Source of the DNA: Candidatus Latescibacterota bacterium | GTDB lineage: Bacteria > Latescibacterota > UBA2968 > UBA8231 | Length of the DNA stretch: 64,000 nucleotides | Assembly: GCA_965215195.1 (NCBI GenBank) | Contig: CBDCDC010000002.1 | Location: 1,888,001 to 1,952,000 of the forward strand | Direction: 5' to 3' | Shown here: piece after piece, positions 48,201-56,696 of the stretch | Position numbering within the stretch: position 1 is the first letter of the stretch | Layout: each line of letters starts with the position of its first letter | Program-made: the position numbers and the translations under genes | Notes under the pieces: model-generated | Told to the model about the DNA's origin: nothing | The model's database searches: none | Seen by the model: only the letters and a program-made list of their open reading frames with translations

Positions 48201-48541
48201 ACATCCCGCTCCAGTGCCTTGAGCGTCTGCACCGTCAGGTCGGCGAGGCTGTGCAGCCGGCCCTCGGTCAGGTCGAAGCGCTCGGGATAGCGGTTGCCCA
48301 AAAAATTGACCATGACCACAATGCCGAAGACCATGATGCCGCCCCAAAAGGCGTTGAGCCAGCGGCCGTACTGGCGGAAGAGCGCCGGGTTGAGCAACCC
48401 GGCCGCGGCCACCATCAATGCACCAAGGGCCAAGTTGAAAAGCCCGGCCGAGCCGCTCTCGGCATTGAGCAGATAGGCCAAGCCACCGGCGACCATCAGG
48501 GCCGCGCCGGCCAATCCCAAGGGCGTGGTATATGCCTTCAT
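45290..48541 (-). CDS. GldG-family ABC auxiliary protein with a tandemly duplicated domain
   Basis: Two copies each of NFLG.RY, Y.T.GHGE, LLDP, YGDHP.T and RLVV.GD.DFA.NQYF; extra C-terminal TM segments. Confidence 0.85.
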   Translation of the reverse strand: MKAYTTPLGLAGAALMVAGGLAYLLNAESGSAGLFNLALGALMVAAAGLLNPALFRQYGRWLNAFWGGIMVFGIVVMVNFLGNRYPERFDLTEGRLHSLADLTVQTLKALERDVHVLAFMEGGENAELELLLAELETYNTRFSYEFIDPDRDPRRTEDYGIRLYNTLVLESGDKQQQITELEEREIVNALLKLTRERQDRIYLTVGHGERRLANQPDGLDQLQAQLAEIDYAVEDSLFLAREGAVPENCAVLVIAGPRTPFFPVEVEAIRSYLAAGGALLLLLDPLADSGLEELLGEWGVAVGDDFVIDTSGIGSLFGLDFTTPVALSYGDHPVTRKHEGLMTFFQLGRSVRFDEGSGREGGPLVMTSEAGWAETDLSVLTSEGNQTVKLDEGVDRPGPVSLAVAARDPEAGGRLVVFGDSDFATNQYFGVQGNGDLALNALSWLAEDEALISIRPREPGHNPIALTESDSEWIFWLSVVLYPGLIALVGLVVVSRKGRWSLADLSAAGLGIAISLGIAALVNFLGDRYHLRKDMTADALFTLSDNTHRLLAPLEDSGQYVSVKTFMGEMENVRFEDLLREYSYLSPHFDYELLDPQKNRLRVEQNNIRERGTSIVEVIDEGQVRTERITAQSEEALSNAILKALKGRELRAYFTSGHGEAELDQVDEQGYSTLKGRLKELNFAVEGGLTLAEPVPDDATLVVVLAPQERFAAAEAEVLRQYLARGGSALFLLDPGQPTGLEALLNEYSVELGQDFVVDLSGLGQLFGADVSVPVVINYGDHPITQKLSAGTMSFFPLARSVQLAEHRLKEPDLAELAYTHKSSWGETDLAPIVGEGGEVEFDPEMDVRGPVSLGVAVSAAVDTSLAPEGRTRLVVIGDADFASNQYFAQQANGELFIGSVGWLTEDEDRLEIADKQPAFNPINLIGNQGAVILWLSVFIVPFAVALSGMVMVLRRGYHTYADGFVSWLVYTFWGNAMFFFISGIIATSEGATFEGEVKLIAALASAAIGYGLYRHAAWAWQSGLIFSLLCAGVVALTIFTGAGLGFSLIPNETVQLLYAAVFVVNAAILVWIKKVFVQGELA

Positions 48542-48543
48542 AC

Positions 48544-49326
48544 TCAGCGCCTCCATCTCCGCGACTCAATGACGCGCGTGGTTAAAAACAAGCAGAAAAA
48601 GGTAAAGCTCAGGTAGAACACCACGTCCTTGGTGTCGATGACTCCGCGCTGGAAATCTTCGAGGTGATCTATAAAGGAGAGGTACTGCAGGATTTTGGCG
48701 GCCGTTGGGCCGGCAAAGCTAGCCGACCAGTCGATGAGCCAAAAAAGGAGCAACATGCCAAAGGTCAACAGCACGGCGACGATCTGATTTTCGGTCAGGG
48801 CCGAGGCTAGGATGCCCACCGAGATAAAGGTCGCGCCGAGGAACAAGTAGCCTAAATAGCCGGAAAAAATCGGCCCCCAGTCGGGCGAACCGTACACTTC
48901 GAGGATGGCAAAGTAGATCAAGGTCAGGCTGACGATGATGCCGTAAAGCGAAAAGCAAGCCAAGAACTTGCCCAACATCACTTCGATGGTGCGCAGCGGC
49001 GAGGTCATCAGCAATTCGATGGTGCCGGATTTCTTCTCCTCGGCAAAGAGCCGCATGGTCAGCATGGGGATGACCAAGAGCCAGATGAAGTCCATCACCG
49101 CAAAGAATTGGGTGATGACCATCTCGTTGAGATTGAGCGCCGGCATCCCCCCCATGCCCATCTGCGCCCGCTGGCCAAACTGCAAGCACCAGAGGTTGAA
49201 CTGCATCAGGATGTTGCGGAACAGATAGCCCGAGAGAAACAGGAAGACGCCGGCGATCACATAGGCGACCGGCGAAACAAAATAGGAGCGCATCTCCTTG
49301 GTGTACACGGCGGCAAAATTACGCAT
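48544..49326 (-). CDS. ABC-2 permease (GldF-like)
   Basis: KEMRSYFVSPVAY, LTMRLFAEEKKSGTIELLMTSP and SALTENQIVA motifs. Confidence 0.9.
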   Translation of the reverse strand: MRNFAAVYTKEMRSYFVSPVAYVIAGVFLFLSGYLFRNILMQFNLWCLQFGQRAQMGMGGMPALNLNEMVITQFFAVMDFIWLLVIPMLTMRLFAEEKKSGTIELLMTSPLRTIEVMLGKFLACFSLYGIIVSLTLIYFAILEVYGSPDWGPIFSGYLGYLFLGATFISVGILASALTENQIVAVLLTFGMLLLFWLIDWSASFAGPTAAKILQYLSFIDHLEDFQRGVIDTKDVVFYLSFTFFCLFLTTRVIESRRWRR

Positions 49327-49327
49327 C

Positions 49328-50260
49328 TTAGGCTGCTACCTCCTCGCTAGTCAGGCTCAGGAAAATGTCTTCGAGGGTCATGTCGAGCGGCCGCAATTCG
49401 CGCAGGCTGAAGCCGCTTTCCACGACCTTGCGGGTCAGGTCGTCGCGCACGTCGGCGCCGGGCGCGCTCGTCACCACGTACGCGCCCTCCTCGCCGCTAA
49501 TTTCCACCTCCAGTACGCCCTCTAGCTGGCCGATCATGCCCAGCACCTGCTCGCTGGGGCCATCTATGTGGGCGCGCAGCACCTCGCCCTCCTTGAGCTG
49601 GGCCATGAGGCTTTCGGGCGTACCCTCGCCGGCGATGCGGCCGTTGTTGATGATCGCCAGTTGCCCGCAAGTCATGCTCACCTCCGGCAGGATGTGGGTG
49701 CTGAGAATGACCGTGTGGTCGCCCCCCAGCCCCTTGATGACCTCGCGGATTTCGATGATCTGCTTGGGATCGAGGCCGACAGTCGGCTCGTCGAGGATGA
49801 GTACCTCTGGCTCGTGGACGAGGGCCTGGGCCAAACCGACGCGCTGCCGGTAGCCCTTGGACAGGTGGCCGATCACTGTGTGGCGCTGGTGGGCGATGCC
49901 GGTTTTTTCCATGGTGTCGTCGATCCGGCTGTTGAGAGCCGCGCTGGGCACGCCCTTGATTTTGGCCACGAAGCGCAGGTAGGCGTTTACCGTCATATCG
50001 TGGTACAGCGGTGGCTGCTCGGGCAGGTAGCCGATGCGCTTGCGCACCTCCATGGACTCCTCGATAATGTCAAAACCAGCGACTTTGGCTTCGCCCTGCG
50101 AAGGCGGCAAATAACAGGTAAGCATGCGCATCGTCGTGGTCTTGCCCGCGCCATTCGGGCCGAGGAAACCGAGGATGTCGCCCTTGTCAACGCTGAAGGA
50201 CACATTCTCCACGGCCACGACATCTCCGTAGTGTTTGGACAGTTCGCGTACTTCAATCAC
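49328..50260 (-). CDS. ABC transporter ATP-binding protein (GldA-like)
   Basis: GPNGAGKTT, LSKGYRQR, ILDEPTVGLDP and STHIL motifs. Confidence 0.93.
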   Translation of the reverse strand: MIEVRELSKHYGDVVAVENVSFSVDKGDILGFLGPNGAGKTTTMRMLTCYLPPSQGEAKVAGFDIIEESMEVRKRIGYLPEQPPLYHDMTVNAYLRFVAKIKGVPSAALNSRIDDTMEKTGIAHQRHTVIGHLSKGYRQRVGLAQALVHEPEVLILDEPTVGLDPKQIIEIREVIKGLGGDHTVILSTHILPEVSMTCGQLAIINNGRIAGEGTPESLMAQLKEGEVLRAHIDGPSEQVLGMIGQLEGVLEVEISGEEGAYVVTSAPGADVRDDLTRKVVESGFSLRELRPLDMTLEDIFLSLTSEEVAA

Positions 50261-50272
50261 GGTACTTCCTCC

Positions 50273-51160
50273 TTAGTGTCGCTGCATCCGCGCGCGAAAA
50301 AAGTGAATGAGAGGTTCGACATAAGGGCGCGACAGATCAATCGCGATTTCGTCGACGCCCGCTTTGTGCAATAGAGTGCTGCGGCGCTCGGCTAGGGCCC
50401 GCTGTTCGGCGGCGAAAAATGCGCGCACGCCCTCGTGGCCGCTATCGACGAGCACCTGTTGGCCGGTCTCGGCGTCTTGCAGGTTGATAAAACCAACATC
50501 GGGTAGGTCCCACTCGCGTGGGTCGCTCACCACCACGGCGATCAAGTCGTGGCGCTGGCTCAAGTGCCGCAGCGCCGGCTCGTACCCTTGGTCGAGAAAG
50601 TCGGAGATGACAAAGATCACGCTGCGGCGGTGCAAGACGCGGCTGAGGTATTCCAAGGCCCCGGCGATGGAGGTCTTGCGCCCCTGCGGCTGAAAGTACA
50701 GCAGCTCGCGCAGGACGCGCAACACGTGCTTGCGCCCCTTTTTCGGCGGCACGAAGACCTCGACCTCGTCCGTGAAGATCAGCAGGCCCACGCGGTCGTT
50801 GTTCTCAATCGCGCTAAAGGCCAACAGCGCCGAGACCTCAACCCCAATTTCCCCCTTCATCTGCTGCTGGGAGCCAAAAGCCCCGGACGCGCTGGCATCT
50901 ACCACCAGCACAGCGGTCAGCTCGCGCTCCTCGTCGAATATCTTGATAAAGGGCGCTCCCACCCGCGCCGTCACGTTCCAGTCGATGTGGCGCACGTCGT
51001 CGCCGGGCTGATATTCGCGCGCCTCGGCAAACTCCATGCCCCGCCCCTTGAACGCCGAGTGGTATTCGCCGGCGAAGAGATTGTTCACCATGCTGCGGGT
51101 GTGAATCTCGATCAGGCGAACTTTGTCGAGTATCTCTTTGGGAATCACGGCTCGGCTCAA
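50273..51160 (-). CDS. DUF58 domain protein
   Basis: GEYHSAFKGRGMEF..REYQPGDDVRHIDWNVTAR and ISDF motifs. Confidence 0.92.
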   Translation of the reverse strand: MSRAVIPKEILDKVRLIEIHTRSMVNNLFAGEYHSAFKGRGMEFAEAREYQPGDDVRHIDWNVTARVGAPFIKIFDEERELTAVLVVDASASGAFGSQQQMKGEIGVEVSALLAFSAIENNDRVGLLIFTDEVEVFVPPKKGRKHVLRVLRELLYFQPQGRKTSIAGALEYLSRVLHRRSVIFVISDFLDQGYEPALRHLSQRHDLIAVVVSDPREWDLPDVGFINLQDAETGQQVLVDSGHEGVRAFFAAEQRALAERRSTLLHKAGVDEIAIDLSRPYVEPLIHFFRARMQRH

Positions 51161-51162
51161 CT

Positions 51163-52179
51163 TCAGGGAACTTCGATGTGGTCGAAGAGCTGCTGCACGA
51201 TGTGATCGCTGTCGATTTCCTCGGCCTCGGCCTCGTACGAGGCGATGATCCGATGCCTGAGTACATCGGCCCCCACGGCCTTGACATCTTCTGGGGTGAC
51301 GTAGGCGCGGCGCTGGATGAAGGCGTGGGCGCGCGCCGTGCGGACGAGAAAAATAGCGGCCCGCGGCGAGGCCCCGTACTCGATTAGCGGCGTCATGTCG
51401 GCCAAGCCGTAGTCGGCCGGCCGCCGGGTGGCTTGGACGAGGTCGACGACGTAATCCTTGATCTTGTCGTCGATATAGACGATCTCCACCACCTCGCGCA
51501 GGCGGCGTATTTCGTCGATGCCCACCGCTTTCTCCACCTCAATCGGACTGTCGTTGGCCATGCGGTCCAAGATCAGCCGCTCCTCGGTGCGCGACGGGTA
51601 ATTGACTTTCACTTTGAGCATGAAGCGATCGACTTGGGCCTCGGGCAGCGGGTAGGTTCCCTCTTGATCTATCGGGTTCTGGGTGGCCATGACCAAGAAC
51701 GGGTCGTCGAGTGCATAGGTTTGCTCGCCGATAGTAACCTGCCGCTCTTGCATGCACTCCAAAAGCGCGCTCTGCACTTTGGCTGGTGCCCGGTTGATCT
51801 CGTCGGCCAAAATCAAATGGGCAAAGATCGGGCCTTTCTTGGGTATGAACACCCCTTGGTGCTGGTTGTAGATGGTGGTCCCGGTCAGATCGGCGGGCAG
51901 CAGATCCGGGGTAAATTGGATCCGCTTAAAACGGGCCGCCACGATCCGCGCCAGCGTCGCTACCGTCAGGGTCTTGGCTAGTCCGGGCACTCCTTCGAGG
52001 AGGATGTGGCCGTTGCACAACAGACCCATCAGGATCCGCTCCACCATGGCGCGTTGGCCGACGATGACCCGGTCCATCTCCTGCAAGATGCGCTCCACCA
52101 CCAAGCTCTCGCGCTGGACCTGCTCGCTAATGGCGTGAATGTCTATTGTCGTTTGCGTCATCGGATGTACTCTCGACAT
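51163..52179 (-). CDS. moxR: MoxR family AAA+ ATPase
   Basis: LLEGVPGLAKT, RIQFTPDLLPAD, ADEINRAPAKVQSALL and ATQNP...GTYPLPEAQVDRF motifs. Confidence 0.95.
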   Translation of the reverse strand: MSRVHPMTQTTIDIHAISEQVQRESLVVERILQEMDRVIVGQRAMVERILMGLLCNGHILLEGVPGLAKTLTVATLARIVAARFKRIQFTPDLLPADLTGTTIYNQHQGVFIPKKGPIFAHLILADEINRAPAKVQSALLECMQERQVTIGEQTYALDDPFLVMATQNPIDQEGTYPLPEAQVDRFMLKVKVNYPSRTEERLILDRMANDSPIEVEKAVGIDEIRRLREVVEIVYIDDKIKDYVVDLVQATRRPADYGLADMTPLIEYGASPRAAIFLVRTARAHAFIQRRAYVTPEDVKAVGADVLRHRIIASYEAEAEEIDSDHIVQQLFDHIEVP

Positions 52180-52196
52180 GCTCTAAGTCTCGGCCA

Positions 52197-52229
52197 ATAA
52201 AAAACCGCCCTGCGAATTCGCAAGCGGCT
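52197..52229 (-). terminator. Putative intrinsic terminator
   Basis: Minus strand reads AGCCGCTTGCG-AATT-CGCAGGGCGG-TTTTTTATT. Confidence 0.6.
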
Positions 52230-52270
52230 GGGCCCATCTGCCTCAAACCTCTATGGCAACTTCTAATGTA

Positions 52271-52786
52271 CTAAGGAGCGGCGACCTCGTCCTGAAGTTG
52301 GCCCGCGGCTTCGTCCTGAAATTGAACCCATTCTTGAGGGGCGCGCCCGATGTTGGGCAACAGGTGCCGGGCACTGGCCGCGAGCTCGGAATCCGGGTAG
52401 TTCTCAATCACGCGCTGATAGGCTCGCCGCGCTTCCGCTAGATCGCGGATGTACTCCTCGTATATGAAGGCGATCATAAATTGGGCTTCGTCGCCGTGCT
52501 CGCTATCGGGATATTCGGCCAACACGCGCTCGTAATAACCGATGGCCTCCTGCATCTTCCCTTGCTGCTGGGCCAAGCCGGCGAGTTTTCTCAGGGCCTC
52601 CGGTGCTTTGGGAGATTCGTCGAAGCGCTCGAGAAACGTCGTAAAATGCGCGACCGCTTGGTCGGCCGTGGCCGGGTCGGCCGCAGCGGCCTCGCCGGCT
52701 GCGAATAGCTCTTCAGCGCTTTGCTGGCCGCAACCTCCGCACCAAGACCCGGCGACAAAAATTCCCAGTACTATCTTCGCTACCAT
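52271..52786 (-). CDS. Small TPR lipoprotein (BamD/CpoB-like)
   Basis: Signal peptide with GGC; three TPR units containing YPDS. Confidence 0.75.
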   Translation of the reverse strand: MVAKIVLGIFVAGSWCGGCGQQSAEELFAAGEAAAADPATADQAVAHFTTFLERFDESPKAPEALRKLAGLAQQQGKMQEAIGYYERVLAEYPDSEHGDEAQFMIAFIYEEYIRDLAEARRAYQRVIENYPDSELAASARHLLPNIGRAPQEWVQFQDEAAGQLQDEVAAP

Positions 52787-52820
52787 CTATGTTTAACCGC
52801 GCATCACGTGGAAAAGTTCC

Positions 52821-53102
52821 TCAATCGGCTTTGGCAGTATCCGCTTTGCCGCTGCCTTTTTTGTCGCCCGCCTTGCCGCCGTCTTTGTCGGCCTTAGCCG
52901 CCTTCTGGTATCCATCGCTGCGATAGTCGGTCGTGTAAAAGCCCGTCCCCTTAAACAGCAAGCCGCCGCCCGTGCCGATGAGCCGCTTGACCGGGCCGGT
53001 ACAACGTACTTCCGGGCAGGTCTGGCGCGGCGCGGCCGTGATGCTCTGAAACTCTTCAAATCGGTGACCGCACTGCTGGCATTCGTATTCGTATGTGGGC
53101 AT
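52821..53102 (-). CDS. FmdB family zinc-ribbon protein
   Basis: MPTYEYECQQCGHRFE...CP...FKGTGFYTTDY. Confidence 0.9.
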   Translation of the reverse strand: MPTYEYECQQCGHRFEEFQSITAAPRQTCPEVRCTGPVKRLIGTGGGLLFKGTGFYTTDYRSDGYQKAAKADKDGGKAGDKKGSGKADTAKAD

Positions 53103-53141
53103 GGCTTTGACTCTCGCTATAAGTAAAAATACAAACTTATT

Positions 53142-53170
53142 AATATAAATTCGTTCAACTAGGGGCGCAA
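53142..53170 (-). promoter_or_regulatory. Putative sigma70 promoter upstream of the fmdB-like gene
   Basis: TTGCGC-17 nt-TATATT in an AT-rich intergenic region. Confidence 0.5.
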
Positions 53171-53192
53171 TAGTTGGCTCCGCACCTAAGGT

Positions 53193-55088
53193 TTACTCGG
53201 CGGCACCCATTTCCGGGAGATCGCCCATGCCGAGGGAATGCACCTTGTCGCGCTCGATTTTGAGCAAGGTCAACGCGCTGTTGGAGCGCACGTTCGGCGA
53301 CAAGGAGATGATGCCCGAGGCTCCTTCGTAGAAACGGACCGCGGTCAACCACTTGACCAGTGCAGTCGGATCGCGGTACCCCTGCTCCCATCCGTCGATG
53401 AGCAAGTGGGTGGCGTCGTAGCCTGCGGCTGCATAGTGCGGGTCGCGGCGGAATTGCTTGCGAAAGGCACTGACAAACGACTGCGCGGGCGCAGACTCAG
53501 CTTGCCGCGCGGAAACGAAAATGACCCCGTCGAAATTCTTGCGCTCGCCCGGGCCCATCTGCCGGATGGCTTCGGGATCCCACCACGCATCGTTGCCGAG
53601 GACTTGGGTCTGCAAGCGGTGAAAATGCACCTGCGGCGCGATTGTCTTGGCGTCCGCAAAGCTCTCGACCACCACCACCACCCCGTCAATGGTGTCGATA
53701 AACATATCCGCTTTTAGTTGTTCCTCGACCGCTTCAAGCGTATCTGGCGGAGGCGGTCTTAGCGCAAAACCGGCCGCGCGAATCTCCTCGAAGACATGGC
53801 GGAAATCCTTCGTCTGACTGGGGATATACCAATCGCTGTGCGCGATCTGGCCGCCGTTGCGCTCGGCAATGCGGGTGAATTCGCGTGCGAAATCCCAGCC
53901 ATAGTCGCTGAGGGGGGAAATGAGCGCTAAGTGCTCCAAGCCAAGGACGAGGGTCGCGTACTCGCCCAAGAGACGCGCCTGCGTCTTTGGGACCGTGCTC
54001 AACTGGAAGACGCTGTGGCCGAGCGAATCCAAGCCGCTCTGTTGGGCCAGCGGCACCAACAACGGAACGCCAGCGCGTGCGGCGACCGTGGCCGCCACGA
54101 CGCTAGAGCTGCTACGAAGCGGCCCGACGATGGCCACGACTCCTTGATCCAGCAACTGCTGGGCACCGTACGCCACGCGCAACAAACCGCTGGCCGGGCT
54201 TTCGCTGACGGCGCTGCCGCGATCGGTAGCGATGGGCAAATTCCCGTAGTCAATCCCGGTATCGGCGATTACCAGTTCAAAGGGACTGCCGGCTTCCCGA
54301 TTGGCCAATTGCACACCATCGCGGAGCTCCTCGCCGATCCGGCGATCCAGCCCGGTCAGCGGCAGCAACAAGCCCAACCGGGGCGACCCCGAGCCAACGC
54401 GCGGGCGAGATGCGGACTGACTACCCCCCCAGACAGCGGCCAACGGAGCGAATATGCCGTTGACAACGCTGTCGCGATAGGTCTGCATGGCCTCGGCGGC
54501 TTCCTCTTGCCAGCCGAGGCGCTGATACCAGCGCACCCGGCCGAAGAACAGGGCCTCGCGCAGCCGCCCGGCCCCTACGGCCTGACGCAGGCGCGTCAGC
54601 TCTCGTTCTTTTATTTGTCCGTTCCACTCCATGGCCGCCAACCGCTCGGCCGCTTGGGCCTGAATGCCGAGCGGTGCCTGCGTGGCCAGCAAACGGCCGT
54701 ACTGGGACGCGGCCGCGTCGTGGTGCTTGCTGTTGAAAAACGAGTCGCCGATCAACAGCCGGGCATGGGGCAGGTAGCGGCTCGTGGGGAACCTGCGCTG
54801 CAAGACCAAGGCCGCGTCGATGGCTTCGGCAAAGCGCCCTAGGCGGTACAGGGATTTCCCCAAGAGGAACCCGCCGGCGCTGGACCGCTGATTGAGCGGG
54901 AACTCCGCTAGCTGCTGCAGGTGGTTGCGAGCCTCGTCGAAACGCTCCTGCCGATAGGCCTCAAGCGCATTGCCAAAGGTCTTTTCGGCGTCGGCCGAGT
55001 ACGTCCACGTGCGCGCCTGCCCTTCTGCGAAGTTCGGTACCAGCACCGCCGCGAAGAGCGCGCAGGCGTAGCGAGCAATGCGCTGCAA
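53193..55088 (-). CDS. LpoA/LppC-like protein (TPR + type I periplasmic binding domain)
   Basis: N-terminal TPRs; LGLLLPLTG, AIVGPL.S, AAAGYDA and YEGASG motifs. Start is uncertain. Confidence 0.75.
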   Translation of the reverse strand: MQRIARYACALFAAVLVPNFAEGQARTWTYSADAEKTFGNALEAYRQERFDEARNHLQQLAEFPLNQRSSAGGFLLGKSLYRLGRFAEAIDAALVLQRRFPTSRYLPHARLLIGDSFFNSKHHDAAASQYGRLLATQAPLGIQAQAAERLAAMEWNGQIKERELTRLRQAVGAGRLREALFFGRVRWYQRLGWQEEAAEAMQTYRDSVVNGIFAPLAAVWGGSQSASRPRVGSGSPRLGLLLPLTGLDRRIGEELRDGVQLANREAGSPFELVIADTGIDYGNLPIATDRGSAVSESPASGLLRVAYGAQQLLDQGVVAIVGPLRSSSSVVAATVAARAGVPLLVPLAQQSGLDSLGHSVFQLSTVPKTQARLLGEYATLVLGLEHLALISPLSDYGWDFAREFTRIAERNGGQIAHSDWYIPSQTKDFRHVFEEIRAAGFALRPPPPDTLEAVEEQLKADMFIDTIDGVVVVVESFADAKTIAPQVHFHRLQTQVLGNDAWWDPEAIRQMGPGERKNFDGVIFVSARQAESAPAQSFVSAFRKQFRRDPHYAAAGYDATHLLIDGWEQGYRDPTALVKWLTAVRFYEGASGIISLSPNVRSNSALTLLKIERDKVHSLGMGDLPEMGAAE

Positions 55089-55190
55089 GGCTGTAGGCGG
55101 GAAAAAGGTACGGGGCTTAGGTTGTCCACATCTGAGAGGACGAGTATATTTTTTACGCCACTGCATTTTCAACCTTTCCGTAGGTAATAT

Positions 55191-56696
55191 ATGCAACCGC
55201 GTGCTGAAAAAGTGGAGATTGACCCAGAAAAACTGCGCCGTCTCCTAGCTAGACAAATCGAAGAGCAAGAGCAAGCACCAGCCCAGCCCGAGGCTTCCTC
55301 CACCGAGGGCGAAGGCACACAAACCACCGAGTCCGAGGCCCTCCACTTCGACCTCAAACCGGAAGAATTAGAGGCCTATCTCGATCAATACGTCATTGAG
55401 CAGCAAGACGCCAAGGCCATTCTCGCCACCAAGATCTGCACGCACTTCAACCGCCTAAAACTGCCCCCGGAGGAAGACGAGGGGCTCGTCGGCAGCATCA
55501 AGAACAACGTGCTGATGGTCGGCCCTACCGGCGTGGGCAAAACCTATCTAATTCGCCTCATCGCCCGCAAAATCGGCGTCCCTTTCGTCAAGGGCGACGC
55601 CACCAAATTCAGCGAGACCGGCTACGTTGGCGGCGATGTCGAAGACTTGGTGCGCGACCTAGTCCGCGAGGCCAACGGCGATATCGAACGCGCCCAGTGC
55701 GGCATCATATACATCGACGAAATCGACAAAATCGCCTCCGCGCAGGGAGTACACGGCCCAGACGTCTCCCGTTCAGGCGTCCAGCGCAACCTGCTCAAGC
55801 TGATGGAGGAAACCGACGTCGACCTCAAGGCCCCGCACGACATTGCCTCGCAAATGGAATCCGTCATCCAGATGCAGCAGACGGGCAAGATCGAACGCCA
55901 GAAGGTCAATACCCGCAACATCCTCTTTATCGTTAGCGGGGCCTTTTCCGGGCTCGACGAAATCATCGGCCGCCGGCTCAACAAAGGCACCATGGGGTTC
56001 CGCTCCCAAGCCGACCCGGCCCACCTCAACGCCGATCAGCTTCTGTCCCACGTGCGAGCCGAGGACCTAATCGAATACGGGTTCGAGTCCGAGTTCATCG
56101 GCCGCTTGCCCGTCATCGCCGTGCTAAACGGCCTCGGCCCCGAAGATCTCCTCGAAATCCTTCGCAATCCCAAAAGCAGCGTCATCCTGTCCAAAAAGCG
56201 CGACTTCCGCGCCTATGGTATTGAGGTCGAATTTGCCGACGAGGCCCTAGCCCTGTTAGCCGAGCGCGCACACGCCGAGCACATCGGTGCCCGAGGCTTG
56301 GTCAGCGCCATTGAAAAGGTGCTGCTCAACTACGAAAAAAAGCTCCCTTCCGTCGGCGTCGAGCGCTTTACGGTCCAAGCCCACACCGTACTCGACCCTG
56401 CGACCGGTCTGGAGCGCTTGCTCCAAGATGCCTCGCTGCGCCGCTTTCTCGACAACTTTCAACGCGATCACGCCATCGCCTTGGCGATCACGCCGGAAGC
56501 CTCCGCGCAAATCGAGTCCCTAGCCAGCACGCGGGACATGGCACCCGGCGAATTGTGCGCAGAAATGTTCAGCGACTACGGACATGGCCTCAAGCTGGCC
56601 GGGTTGAGCCAGTTTTGCATTGACGCGGATGTGGTCGCCGCTCCCCAAGAGGCCCTCAACGCGCTCGTCAAATACTACTACAATCAACGCAGTTAG
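55191..56696 (+). CDS. ClpX-like AAA+ ATPase lacking the zinc-binding domain
   Basis: LDQYVI.Q..AK, VGPTGVGKT, DATKFSETGYVGGDVE, YIDEIDKI, DVSRSGVQ, MGF loop, EFIGRLPV and GARGL motifs. Confidence 0.88.
   Translation: MQPRAEKVEIDPEKLRRLLARQIEEQEQAPAQPEASSTEGEGTQTTESEALHFDLKPEELEAYLDQYVIEQQDAKAILATKICTHFNRLKLPPEEDEGLVGSIKNNVLMVGPTGVGKTYLIRLIARKIGVPFVKGDATKFSETGYVGGDVEDLVRDLVREANGDIERAQCGIIYIDEIDKIASAQGVHGPDVSRSGVQRNLLKLMEETDVDLKAPHDIASQMESVIQMQQTGKIERQKVNTRNILFIVSGAFSGLDEIIGRRLNKGTMGFRSQADPAHLNADQLLSHVRAEDLIEYGFESEFIGRLPVIAVLNGLGPEDLLEILRNPKSSVILSKKRDFRAYGIEVEFADEALALLAERAHAEHIGARGLVSAIEKVLLNYEKKLPSVGVERFTVQAHTVLDPATGLERLLQDASLRRFLDNFQRDHAIALAITPEASAQIESLASTRDMAPGELCAEMFSDYGHGLKLAGLSQFCIDADVVAAPQEALNALVKYYYNQRS

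Noticed and set aside
43893-50260. Gld-like genes as evidence of gliding motility
   Set aside because: GldA/F/G-like ABC systems are widespread in non-gliding bacteria, and no gldKLMN or sprB is present here.
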